This document shows positions 25,910 through 34,230 of a stretch of 64,000 nucleotides of DNA, one piece after another. Under the pieces are notes generated by a model. It saw only the letters and a list, made by a program, of their open reading frames with translations. It did no database searches and was not told the DNA's origin. Location of the stretch: contig MHCJ01000007.1 of the NCBI GenBank assembly GCA_001816585.1, forward strand, positions 2,062 to 66,061, written 5' to 3'. Numbering within the stretch: position 1 is the stretch's first letter; every line of letters starts with the position of its first letter. The translations under genes and the position numbers were made by a program. The DNA is from Candidatus Chisholmbacteria bacterium RIFCSPHIGHO2_01_FULL_52_32 (GTDB lineage Bacteria > Patescibacteriota > Microgenomatia > UBA1400 > Chisholmbacteraceae).

Positions 25910-28725
25910 AAGAAACAAAGAAAACTTTCCAGCGAGTGTACGCCCGCCGTCTCGAATCGGAGGGGGAAAAACGTACGCACCAGCGCTTCCAAAAGATCGT
26001 AAGCTTCTTTGGCAAAACCGCCAATCTCATCCTTCTCCTCGCAGCGTCGGTCGCAATCAGTCTCATTTGGCAACAACGTATCGCTACCCCCTACCTGTCT
26101 TCCCTACGGGCTGTCGGCGGGGATTACTTCAACGCCCTGACATACGCGGTATTCTTCGCCCGACACCATCCATTTCCCCCGACGGGTTGGATGCCATTTT
26201 GGTTCGGGGGGATACCGGTTATCGGCGGATATCCGAACCTTTTCTTCTATCTTATCCTTCCGATCACGCGCTTCTTCGATGTCCCGACAAGCATGGAGTT
26301 GACTTCGATTGTTTTTATCCTCCTCTACCTTATTGCAGCGCACTTCCTTTTCTGGGAAACCACCCGTAACCACCTTATCGCCCTCCTTTTTACCGGCATC
26401 GTCCTCGTCACTCCCGCAAGCTACTATGCGTTGACAGGAGAAGGCCTCGTAGTGGCTTCAGCAATGCAATGGCTCCTCCCGCTCACCTTCTTTTTCCTGA
26501 TCCGCTTCGTCAAGTTTCAAGACGGAACGATGCTTCTTGCGGCGGCGGTCTCAACGGGAATCGCGCTCATCATGCACCCGGGGGTTTCCGCCCTCATCGT
26601 TCTCGTCCCGGCAACGATATATCTTATGATCGCCGACTCCGGAGACCCCAAAGACGCGGCACACACCAGGCAATTGAGCCTCCTGAAACTGTCTGTGTGG
26701 GAGAAGTTGAAGACAAAACTCACCCACCTAACCCTCTATACCGGATTTGCTCTGTCTTCAGGCGCAATTGGCGTCTATACCCTACTCGTGCAGACGTTCC
26801 TTTCCGGTGGACCAGGATCTTGTGACAGCCCTCAGTGCTGGGGGGACTACCCGCCCCACCTGATCTGGTTTTCACCGCTTGCCCTCCTGCCGACGATCTT
26901 CCTGCCGGCAAGCCTCGTGGCATGGCGTATGCAGAAGTCGAGATTGAAAGAAATTATGGCACCGTTGGCCGCGCTCACCCCCCTCCTTCTCTACGTCGGC
27001 CTCGCCTATCTCCGTCGGATCGACTCACTCTCAAGCGCCCTTTTTCCCCGCAGACTCTTCTGGGCTATCACCCTCCTGACGCTTATGAGTATGGGTATTG
27101 CATTCCGGTATACCTTCAAAGCTTCAGCAAAGCTTGCGATCGCGGTACTGTCTATCTTCCTCATCACACTCTCGCTTTCCATTCCGTTCCTCCCCAAAGC
27201 CGTTCATTTTTCGTTACAAGACTACCTCAAGATTCCCAACTCCCTCCCCATGGGCGTTGAAAGCTACATCGTTCCCAAATACCAGACAATGCCGATTTCA
27301 GAAATCATTCCCCCTTGGCTCCCGATAAACGATGTCAATTGGCGGATGGATAGCATCCGCCCTGATTTTTTCGCATGGTGGAATACCATTGCCAGCCTTC
27401 CGTTGACCCGTGGTTATTCCAATGTGCCGACCAAGGAACATCTCGACTGGCTGTACTATCTTCAATCCTCCACCTTAATCCCGAATAATCCGGATGAACT
27501 AAGTTTGGAAACCCGGTATAACCGGGCCCTCTTTTTATTGGATGCGTACGGCGTCCGCTTCCTCCAGCATCCCGGAGGATCCATCGTCTACGAAGGCATT
27601 GCCTACGATCCGCTGCTGTTAAAAAACCGCGACTTAGTCAAAAAGTTTGAGCGGGTTCGGGAATGGAGTTTCGTGGAATTATCAGAAAAGCTCATCACAC
27701 CCGTCGTTTCTCCCACCAACGCCGCGCGGGTGATGGTGATCTCAGACCAGGGGGGGTATGAAACAATCCTCCGGGCAATTTCGCTCGAGAACCTCAACTC
27801 CACGGTCCTGATTCCCATCCAAGGCCCCCAGTCCATTGACAAAATTTCTCCGAAACTGGTTGAAGAGGCAGACGCCATCATCCTTTATCAATTCACCGGT
27901 TCCAGCTTCAGGACGCTCGAGGCATTTGTGGAGAATGGAGGCAAGGTCTTTATCGACATCGGCTCCCTGCAAAACTTACCGACTTCGGTCCCGAAGTTAT
28001 TCGGGGCAAAAAGCCTCCAAGTCTTTGACCAAGAAAGAATTTGGAAGGTCAAAATCCTGTCTCCCTCACCGCTGATGAAAGAGATTGACACCACGAAATT
28101 CTCCCCCCTTCTTTTTAACGAACATGCCTGGAGAATCGTTGCTCCGCCCTCAAAACAATTCCTCAAAGGAGAGATGGAAACGATCCTGACGCAAAACGAC
28201 ATCCCGGTCTTGGCAACCGGAAAGTTCGGGAAGGGATCCGTCATCTTCTCAGGCTTCAACCTCCCCTACCATATCGTGAATTACCAAAACGAAGAGGAGG
28301 CAAAACTCTTAAAGAACATCATCCTATCCCTGGTTCCCGAGAGCCTTGCGATCGGAGAATTCTCCGTCAACTGGACCGACCCAACCTTGATCGTAGCCTC
28401 CGCAACAGACGCCAAGGGAATCTATTTCAAACAAAACTATCACCCGGGATGGAAAGCAGCCGTCAACGGGAAGAAGACACAGGTTTTGAAGGCAGGGCTC
28501 GGATTCATGTATATCCCTTTCCCGAAAGAAAGCCAGACCAAAACCACGACACTCGACCTTGAGTTTCGCGGCAGTTTGGCAACCTGGGGCATTCCGGCGT
28601 TGAGCCTGGGAAGCATGATCGCCGCCGCCATTTTGGCGCTCAGTCAGTCTCCAATTAGGCTTCTGGGCCTTCTCTATTCGAAACTCTTCCTCAAAAGACT
28701 CAAATCCTGGTGGGCAAAAGACTAA
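25906..28725 (+). CDS. large GT-C-like polytopic membrane protein (YfhO-like) with a C-terminal extracytoplasmic domain
   Basis: 939 aa; about 13 N-terminal TM helices with GGDYFN and WFGGIP motifs, shared with 42835..45798 and 45932..48841. Confidence 0.8.
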   Translation: MKETKKTFQRVYARRLESEGEKRTHQRFQKIVSFFGKTANLILLLAASVAISLIWQQRIATPYLSSLRAVGGDYFNALTYAVFFARHHPFPPTGWMPFWFGGIPVIGGYPNLFFYLILPITRFFDVPTSMELTSIVFILLYLIAAHFLFWETTRNHLIALLFTGIVLVTPASYYALTGEGLVVASAMQWLLPLTFFFLIRFVKFQDGTMLLAAAVSTGIALIMHPGVSALIVLVPATIYLMIADSGDPKDAAHTRQLSLLKLSVWEKLKTKLTHLTLYTGFALSSGAIGVYTLLVQTFLSGGPGSCDSPQCWGDYPPHLIWFSPLALLPTIFLPASLVAWRMQKSRLKEIMAPLAALTPLLLYVGLAYLRRIDSLSSALFPRRLFWAITLLTLMSMGIAFRYTFKASAKLAIAVLSIFLITLSLSIPFLPKAVHFSLQDYLKIPNSLPMGVESYIVPKYQTMPISEIIPPWLPINDVNWRMDSIRPDFFAWWNTIASLPLTRGYSNVPTKEHLDWLYYLQSSTLIPNNPDELSLETRYNRALFLLDAYGVRFLQHPGGSIVYEGIAYDPLLLKNRDLVKKFERVREWSFVELSEKLITPVVSPTNAARVMVISDQGGYETILRAISLENLNSTVLIPIQGPQSIDKISPKLVEEADAIILYQFTGSSFRTLEAFVENGGKVFIDIGSLQNLPTSVPKLFGAKSLQVFDQERIWKVKILSPSPLMKEIDTTKFSPLLFNEHAWRIVAPPSKQFLKGEMETILTQNDIPVLATGKFGKGSVIFSGFNLPYHIVNYQNEEEAKLLKNIILSLVPESLAIGEFSVNWTDPTLIVASATDAKGIYFKQNYHPGWKAAVNGKKTQVLKAGLGFMYIPFPKESQTKTTTLDLEFRGSLATWGIPALSLGSMIAAAILALSQSPIRLLGLLYSKLFLKRLKSWWAKD

Positions 28726-28732
28726 GCCTTCA

Positions 28733-29854
28733 TTAGCGATTTTCAAAGAAAGTGACTTCCCGGTAATGCTTGAAGTTCTGCCGACCTCCCACATTCCTTC
28801 GCATCACCGCATCGTAGGTTCTCCGCCGGAAGAGGAAGTAATCAAGGACAATACTCCCAGGGTATACGGTTGCAAGCGAATGGAGGCTCCTGCCGGAGAA
28901 TTGGAAAACCTTGGTACGTAAAAATATTGGCAGATGCCAAACAAGCGCACCATAGGCTTTGAGAACACTTAAAACGAAAGAAAATCTTCGCTCGGAAAGA
29001 TAATAAAGAATCGATCCGATATCAAAGAGACATCGAAGAATAAACAGCGGAAAATAGGGCCATAGGGAATTGTGCTTCAGAACAAAATAGAGGTTGTTTC
29101 GATGATTCATATAGATCTTCCGCCCAAGATTACGATTGCTGGTATAGGACCCGTAATGGTAAACCAGGCTTTCTGGAACAGAAAAAATCCTGTATCCCCG
29201 TTCCCGAAGGCGAACACAGAGATCAATCTCCTCAAAGTAGGAAAAGAAGTACTCATCGAATCCGCCCATATCCCATAACGCCTGCGTTCGAATCGCAAAA
29301 CAGGAACCCGATGCCCAGGTAATCTCGCAGGGATCATCGTACTGGCCAATGTCCTTCTCGATGGAATCAAAGATCCGGCCCCTGGTAAATGGGTAGCCAA
29401 ACCTATCCAAAAACCCTCCGGCCCCGCCGCTGTAGTCAAAGTAGGCTTTGAGGATATTTGAGCGAAGCTTCGGTTGAACGGCCACAACCCCAGGATACCG
29501 TTCTAAAAAAGAAACCAAAGGAGTCAGCCAGCCACGGGTAACGATACAATCGTTATTGAGAAACACCAAAATTTTTCCACGTGCCTTGGCAGCTGCCAGG
29601 TTACTACCTCGTGCATAGCCAACATTGACAGGAAACTGGATGAACTGTAGGGTGAGAAACCGAAGTTTCGCAATACCCCTTTCCAAAAGTGCGCGCTCCT
29701 TCTCCTGGGAACCGTTATCAACCAGAATCACTTCAAAAGGGAGGGCTGTGGTACATTTGGCAAGGGCCCTAAGACACTCCACAGTCACCTCTGCCCCGTC
29801 GGCGAAGAGGACTATAATGCTGACCATCGGCGCGTGTCCGCGATGAGTTTCCAT
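28733..29854 (-). CDS. GT2 family glycosyltransferase
   Basis: 373 aa; VSIIVL, VDNGS, DXD (NNDCIV) motifs. Confidence 0.8.
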   Translation of the reverse strand: METHRGHAPMVSIIVLFADGAEVTVECLRALAKCTTALPFEVILVDNGSQEKERALLERGIAKLRFLTLQFIQFPVNVGYARGSNLAAAKARGKILVFLNNDCIVTRGWLTPLVSFLERYPGVVAVQPKLRSNILKAYFDYSGGAGGFLDRFGYPFTRGRIFDSIEKDIGQYDDPCEITWASGSCFAIRTQALWDMGGFDEYFFSYFEEIDLCVRLRERGYRIFSVPESLVYHYGSYTSNRNLGRKIYMNHRNNLYFVLKHNSLWPYFPLFILRCLFDIGSILYYLSERRFSFVLSVLKAYGALVWHLPIFLRTKVFQFSGRSLHSLATVYPGSIVLDYFLFRRRTYDAVMRRNVGGRQNFKHYREVTFFENR

Positions 29855-30042
29855 GGAACTGGTTTCAAGACTCTGCAGGTACTCTGAAACTTGGGTTCAG
29901 CTTTCTTAAGTAATTGTGAGTTTTGAAACGACTTAACTTTAACAAATTATTGTTCTCATAGATGCGGCCGCACATTTGACAACAATATTTATCGTAAACA
30001 TATATGGAATAACCAAAGGATCAACCCTTTGAGGTGTGCTTT

Positions 30043-30063
30043 CAGTCTTCAGTCTTCAGTCTT
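30043..30063. repeat. heptamer tandem repeat (CAGTCTT)x3 spanning the stop codon of the GT4 gene
   Basis: perfect 3 copies; the TGA stop lies inside the repeat. Confidence 0.8.
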
Positions 30064-31197
30064 CAATTGCCTCCTCGTAAATCCGAAACAGCTTCTTTTG
30101 CATAACAGATAGACTGAAATGCGCAAGGTAGCGCCGCCGAGCCGCCTGCCCCAACCTCCCTCTTAAGTCCGCGTCCAAAACTAGCCGTTCAAGTGCCTCC
30201 GCCAAATCGCCCACGCTTCCAGGCCGCACCAACAACCCCGTCTGTCCATCAACGACCATCTCGGGCAACGCTCCCAGCCGTGAGGCCACCACAGGAATCC
30301 CAAAGCTCATCGCCTCACAAACTACCAGGCCATACCCTTCAGCCTTCGGCGGAACATGGACCAAGATATCCGCCGCCGGGTAAAACTCCGAAACCAGCCG
30401 GTCATAGGAAACAAAATCATGCTGCGTAATCCCGTAAGATTTGTCATTTGTCATTTGTAATTTGTAATTTTTAGGCACCGGTCCCAAAATCGTCAACCGC
30501 ACCGTATCTCCCAACATCTCTCTCACTTTCCGGTATGCCTCCCACAAAATCATTCCCCCCTTCCGCTCAAACCACACTCCGGCAAAAAGTAGTCGAACCG
30601 GACCAACCTTTCGAACCGAAGGTTCCGCTCGATCCGATAGGCCCGGATAGATAACCGCGATTTTTGCGGGATCAGCTCCCAGTGCAATATGCTCCTGTTT
30701 GGCAAACTCACTCATCACCAAGAGTTTCGAGAAATTGCCCAGGGAAAGATCCTGGTCATAAACGGAAAGGAGGGAATGCATCGCCCGCCGCAATCCGTAC
30801 GTAGCCTCGATGCGAAGCCTTCCCTGACCAAAGTATTGAGAAAGCCCCCAACGATTGGGGATACTGTCCCCCATGACCACGGGAATGTGTCGCAAAGACC
30901 CCGAAAGCCGAAGTGTATACGCATGGCAGTGGACAAGATCGAACTTCCCCAAAATCTCAACATCAACGGTTCCTGCCGAAAGGGGCAGGATACGAAACTT
31001 CACCAGCGTCCGAAGAAAAGCGTGGAAGGAGCCATACCGAACCTCCCCCTTCTTAAGCGCGTCCGTATGGTGCACGTACGTCACGCCGGGTGGCGGATTG
31101 GCAAGCAGCGTCCGGGTATAGGTATTCTCCCCACCCATCAGAAACTTGAGGTTCAAAGGAACATCTGGATCGAGCGGTGAAATCAAAAGCACCCGCA
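30056..31197 (-). CDS. GT4 (group 1) glycosyltransferase
   Basis: about 380 aa; EGYGLVVCEAMSFGIPVVA motif; start assigned to ATG MRVLLISPL, with an alternative GTG at 31213; carries an internal heptamer tract. Confidence 0.85.
30439..30473. repeat. in-frame heptamer tract (ATTTGTC)x2 (ATTTGTA)x2 ATTTTTA inside the GT4 coding sequence
   Basis: 5 consecutive 7-mers encode the NYKLQMTNDK linker; the unit length is not divisible by 3. Confidence 0.8.
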
Positions 31198-31223
31198 TAA
31201 TAAAGCGCAGCACTCTGCTCTCT

Positions 31224-31272
31224 GCTATTCGCTATTCGCTATTCGCTATTCGCTATTCGCTATTCGCTATTC
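31224..31272. repeat. perfect heptamer tandem repeat (GCTATTC)x7 in the divergent intergenic or 5' region
   Basis: 7 perfect copies plus degenerate CTCTGCT flank copies; lies 10-30 bp upstream of the GT4 start codon on the minus strand and about 80 bp upstream of the rmlD-like gene. Confidence 0.9.
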
Positions 31273-31351
31273 GCTTTCAATCATATCCTATCAGACCAAC
31301 CAATAATCGTCTTTCTTGTCATACCCAGGGAAAGTATGCTACCCTGCCGCT

Positions 31352-32254
31352 ATGCGCATCCTTCTCACCGGCTCAAACTCGCTCCTCGGAAAAGCGCTTT
31401 GGGAAACAGCTCCGAAAGTATCCTCTCTCATCCTCACCTTCCTCCCTTCCGCTGAGCCAAGCCAAACACGATGGGAAACAGCACCGATGGATATCACCGA
31501 CAAAGCTGCGGTGAAACACACCCTCGCCCGCTTCAAACCCGATTGGATCATTCATTGTGCCGCCCTGTCCGATGTCGATTCCTGCGAGAAAAACCCCGAC
31601 CAAGCCTATGCCGTCAATGTCTTCGGCACGGAGAACCTCGTGAACACGGCAAAAAAGGCTGGCTTACGCTTTCTCTTTACCTCCTCAAACGGTATTTTTG
31701 ACGGTAAACGCACCCTCTATACCGAACGCGACAAGCCCCATCCGCTGCATACTTACGGAAAAACGAAGCTTGAAGCCGAACAGCTCATCACTCGCTCCAA
31801 AGTCCCATCCATAATCGTCCGTCCGAACGCCATGTATGGCTGGCCCCCCGTTGGTGCCCGCCAAAACCCGGTCACCTGGGCAGTGGAGCAGTTGAGTGAA
31901 GGCATCACCCTCGATATGGTGAGCGACACCTTCATAAGTCCGCTCTACGCGCCATCAGCGGCAGAGGCTATTTGGAAACTCGTTAAGACCGACACAAGAG
32001 GCATATACCACATCGCAGGGAAAACCCGCGTCAGCCGTTTTACGTGGACGAAGGAGATCGCCAGGGTTTTCGGCTTCAACCCCTCCTTGGTCCGGCCGGT
32101 AAAAAGTGGTTTCTTTCCGAACCTCGCACCACGCCCAAAAGACACCTCATTCTCAACTGCCCGCCTTGAACAAACCATCGATTGGAAGCCGCTCACGCTG
32201 AAACAGGGACTCATGAGAATGAAAAAAGAGTCAGATCAATTGCTCCACTGTTAA
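31352..32254 (+). CDS. dTDP-4-dehydrorhamnose reductase-like (RmlD family) NAD(P)-dependent sugar reductase
   Basis: N-terminus MRILLTGSNSLLGKAL with a Rossmann GxxGxxG; RmlD-like length; an alternative upstream ATG at 31316. Confidence 0.7.
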   Translation: MRILLTGSNSLLGKALWETAPKVSSLILTFLPSAEPSQTRWETAPMDITDKAAVKHTLARFKPDWIIHCAALSDVDSCEKNPDQAYAVNVFGTENLVNTAKKAGLRFLFTSSNGIFDGKRTLYTERDKPHPLHTYGKTKLEAEQLITRSKVPSIIVRPNAMYGWPPVGARQNPVTWAVEQLSEGITLDMVSDTFISPLYAPSAAEAIWKLVKTDTRGIYHIAGKTRVSRFTWTKEIARVFGFNPSLVRPVKSGFFPNLAPRPKDTSFSTARLEQTIDWKPLTLKQGLMRMKKESDQLLHC

Positions 32255-32308
32255 ATTGTTAAATTGCTGTAGTGAAAAAAACAATAGAACAATACAACAA
32301 TAAAACAG
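32252..32308. promoter_or_regulatory. operator-like motif pair TTAAATTGTTAAATTG ... AACAATAGAACAAT
   Basis: same bipartite motif recurs at 38426..38497; directly upstream of the GTG start of the 32316 gene. Confidence 0.45.
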
Positions 32309-32315
32309 TCAGACG

Positions 32316-33347
32316 GTGAAGAAACAGTTCATTGCGAACAAAAGAGCTGAGGTTGAGTTTCGCACTCGGCTTCAAGAGGGTGCGTACGTAAGCCGCGAGC
32401 CGAGCGGCAATGAACTCCTCTCCGAACTCACGAAACGGGTAGAAAAAGCAAGAATCATCTTCCGTGCGCACGAACAGGAAACCAGCTTTTCTCCATTCCT
32501 TGAGATCGGGGCCGAGCGCGGCCAGCGTTCCATGCTTCTTGCGTCGGAATTCCGCGCCCAAGGATTCATGCTCGATCTCTCCCTTGACAGCCTACGGGAA
32601 GCCGAAGCGCTGCGCCGCCCCCTGAAGCTCAATAAAATCCCGCAAAGCGTCGTAGCCGATGCCTACAACCTTCCTTTTCCAAACAATTCGTTTGCCTTCA
32701 TCATTGCATTCCAGACCATCCACCACTTTCCTGATCCCGAACCTATCCTCCGGGAAGTCAATCGGGTCCTTGCCCCCGGAGGAGTATTTATCCTCGACGA
32801 AGAACCGATTCGCCAAAGCTTCAACGTGCGCCTTTGGCGAAGGCCGACCATACTTCGCTGGTGGGAAAAGATACTTAAAGCAACTATCCTCCTCCACTTC
32901 CTCTCCGAAATCGGAAAAAGCGAAACCGATGCCGGCATTATCGAGACATCATTCAGTCTTCCTACTTGGGAAAAGGCATTGAACGTCTTCGAAACAGCAA
33001 AAGCCGCCCTCACCGTCTTCCCATTCGGACCAACCGAGACAATATCCAAAACCGGTCAAGAAAAATGGCTTAATCCTTCATTGCCAACCCGAATCCTCCT
33101 CAAACTTCTTGGGGGGAACATCCAAGCCATCTGTACAAAATCTCCTAATAAGCGAAGAAGCTACAAGCTACAAGCTAAACATCTGCTCCCACCATTCGTC
33201 TGTCCTTCCTGCCCTCCCCACCCGCTATTGGAACAACGGCTGGGGAGCTGGTATTGCCTAACCTGCAAAAATACCTATCCTGTTAAAGACGGCATCCCGA
33301 TCCTGATTGAACGCACACTCCGCCAAACCCTATATCCTAATGCCTAA
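32316..33347 (+). CDS. class I SAM-dependent methyltransferase with a C-terminal Cys4 zinc-ribbon
   Basis: 343 aa; LEIGAERG motif I, LPFPNNSFAFI, LAPGGVFIL; C-terminal CPSC...CLTC. Confidence 0.8.
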   Translation: MKKQFIANKRAEVEFRTRLQEGAYVSREPSGNELLSELTKRVEKARIIFRAHEQETSFSPFLEIGAERGQRSMLLASEFRAQGFMLDLSLDSLREAEALRRPLKLNKIPQSVVADAYNLPFPNNSFAFIIAFQTIHHFPDPEPILREVNRVLAPGGVFILDEEPIRQSFNVRLWRRPTILRWWEKILKATILLHFLSEIGKSETDAGIIETSFSLPTWEKALNVFETAKAALTVFPFGPTETISKTGQEKWLNPSLPTRILLKLLGGNIQAICTKSPNKRRSYKLQAKHLLPPFVCPSCPPHPLLEQRLGSWYCLTCKNTYPVKDGIPILIERTLRQTLYPNA

Positions 33348-33366
33348 ACCCTACATCCTAATGCCT
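33325..33366. repeat. 21-bp tandem duplication AAACCCTAYATCCTAATGCCT x2 spanning the stop of one gene and the start of the next
   Basis: two copies with one mismatch; each copy contains an in-frame ATG for the downstream GT2. Confidence 0.85.
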
Positions 33367-34155
33367 TCCATCTCCATCATCATTCCAACGTCGGGAGACA
33401 GTCCCCATCTTGAGGACTGTCTCTCCTCAATCAAAAAACTTGACTACAATCCCAAACACATCCAAACAATCGTCATCACCAATCGCGATCTAAAAAAGAC
33501 AGGTCGATCCTTTAGCTTCTCACGCGCCGTCAATCTTGCCGCAACGAAGGCGCGCGGTGAGTATTTCCTCATCACCAACGACGATATCGTCTTTGCTCCG
33601 GCATCCCTCAAATCCTTGGTCAAGGCCAAGAAGCGCAATCCCAATACCATTCTCGGAGGAAAACTCTTTGATAAAACGACACACGAACCCGCTGCAGCGG
33701 GATACACCATGAATCTTTTGCTTGGAATCATTAGACCGGTTTTCACCGGTAACAAGCCAACACCCTGCGACTGGGTTTCAGCTTGTGCCCTCTTGCTAAG
33801 TCAAGAGCTCTGGAAAAAGCTCCAAGGGTTTGATGAACGCTTTGCTCCCGGTTTTTTCGAGGACGCGGATTTGTGCCTCCGTGCCGGAACCCTCGGCGTC
33901 AAAAGCCTTCTCATTCCTGAAGTCGAGCTTCTCCATGCCCAAACCGCCACCTTCAACCGCGATAAATCAAAGAAGTACGAGTATTGGTACCGAAATAAAA
34001 TCCTTTTCCTGAGGAAACACGCCTCACCCATCAAGCTTGCCACAAACCTCCTTGTGCAGTATGCTCTCTTCACTCCTTTCAGAGGTCTGATTCTGCATGA
34101 CGGCCGTTTCCTACCTGCCCTCAAAGGTCTCACATGGAATCTGAAACACCTCTAA
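33361..34155 (+). CDS. GT2 family glycosyltransferase
   Basis: start MPSISIIIPTSGDS is typical of GT2; alternative in-frame starts at 33340 (ATG) and 33307 (TTG) lie inside the duplicated 21-mer. Confidence 0.8.
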   Translation: MPSISIIIPTSGDSPHLEDCLSSIKKLDYNPKHIQTIVITNRDLKKTGRSFSFSRAVNLAATKARGEYFLITNDDIVFAPASLKSLVKAKKRNPNTILGGKLFDKTTHEPAAAGYTMNLLLGIIRPVFTGNKPTPCDWVSACALLLSQELWKKLQGFDERFAPGFFEDADLCLRAGTLGVKSLLIPEVELLHAQTATFNRDKSKKYEYWYRNKILFLRKHASPIKLATNLLVQYALFTPFRGLILHDGRFLPALKGLTWNLKHL

Positions 34156-34230
34156 ATGTACTTTCTCACGAACGATCGTCGCATCGTTAGGTACATTTCG
34201 ATAAGAAGAATTGTTTAGGAAAAATATTCG

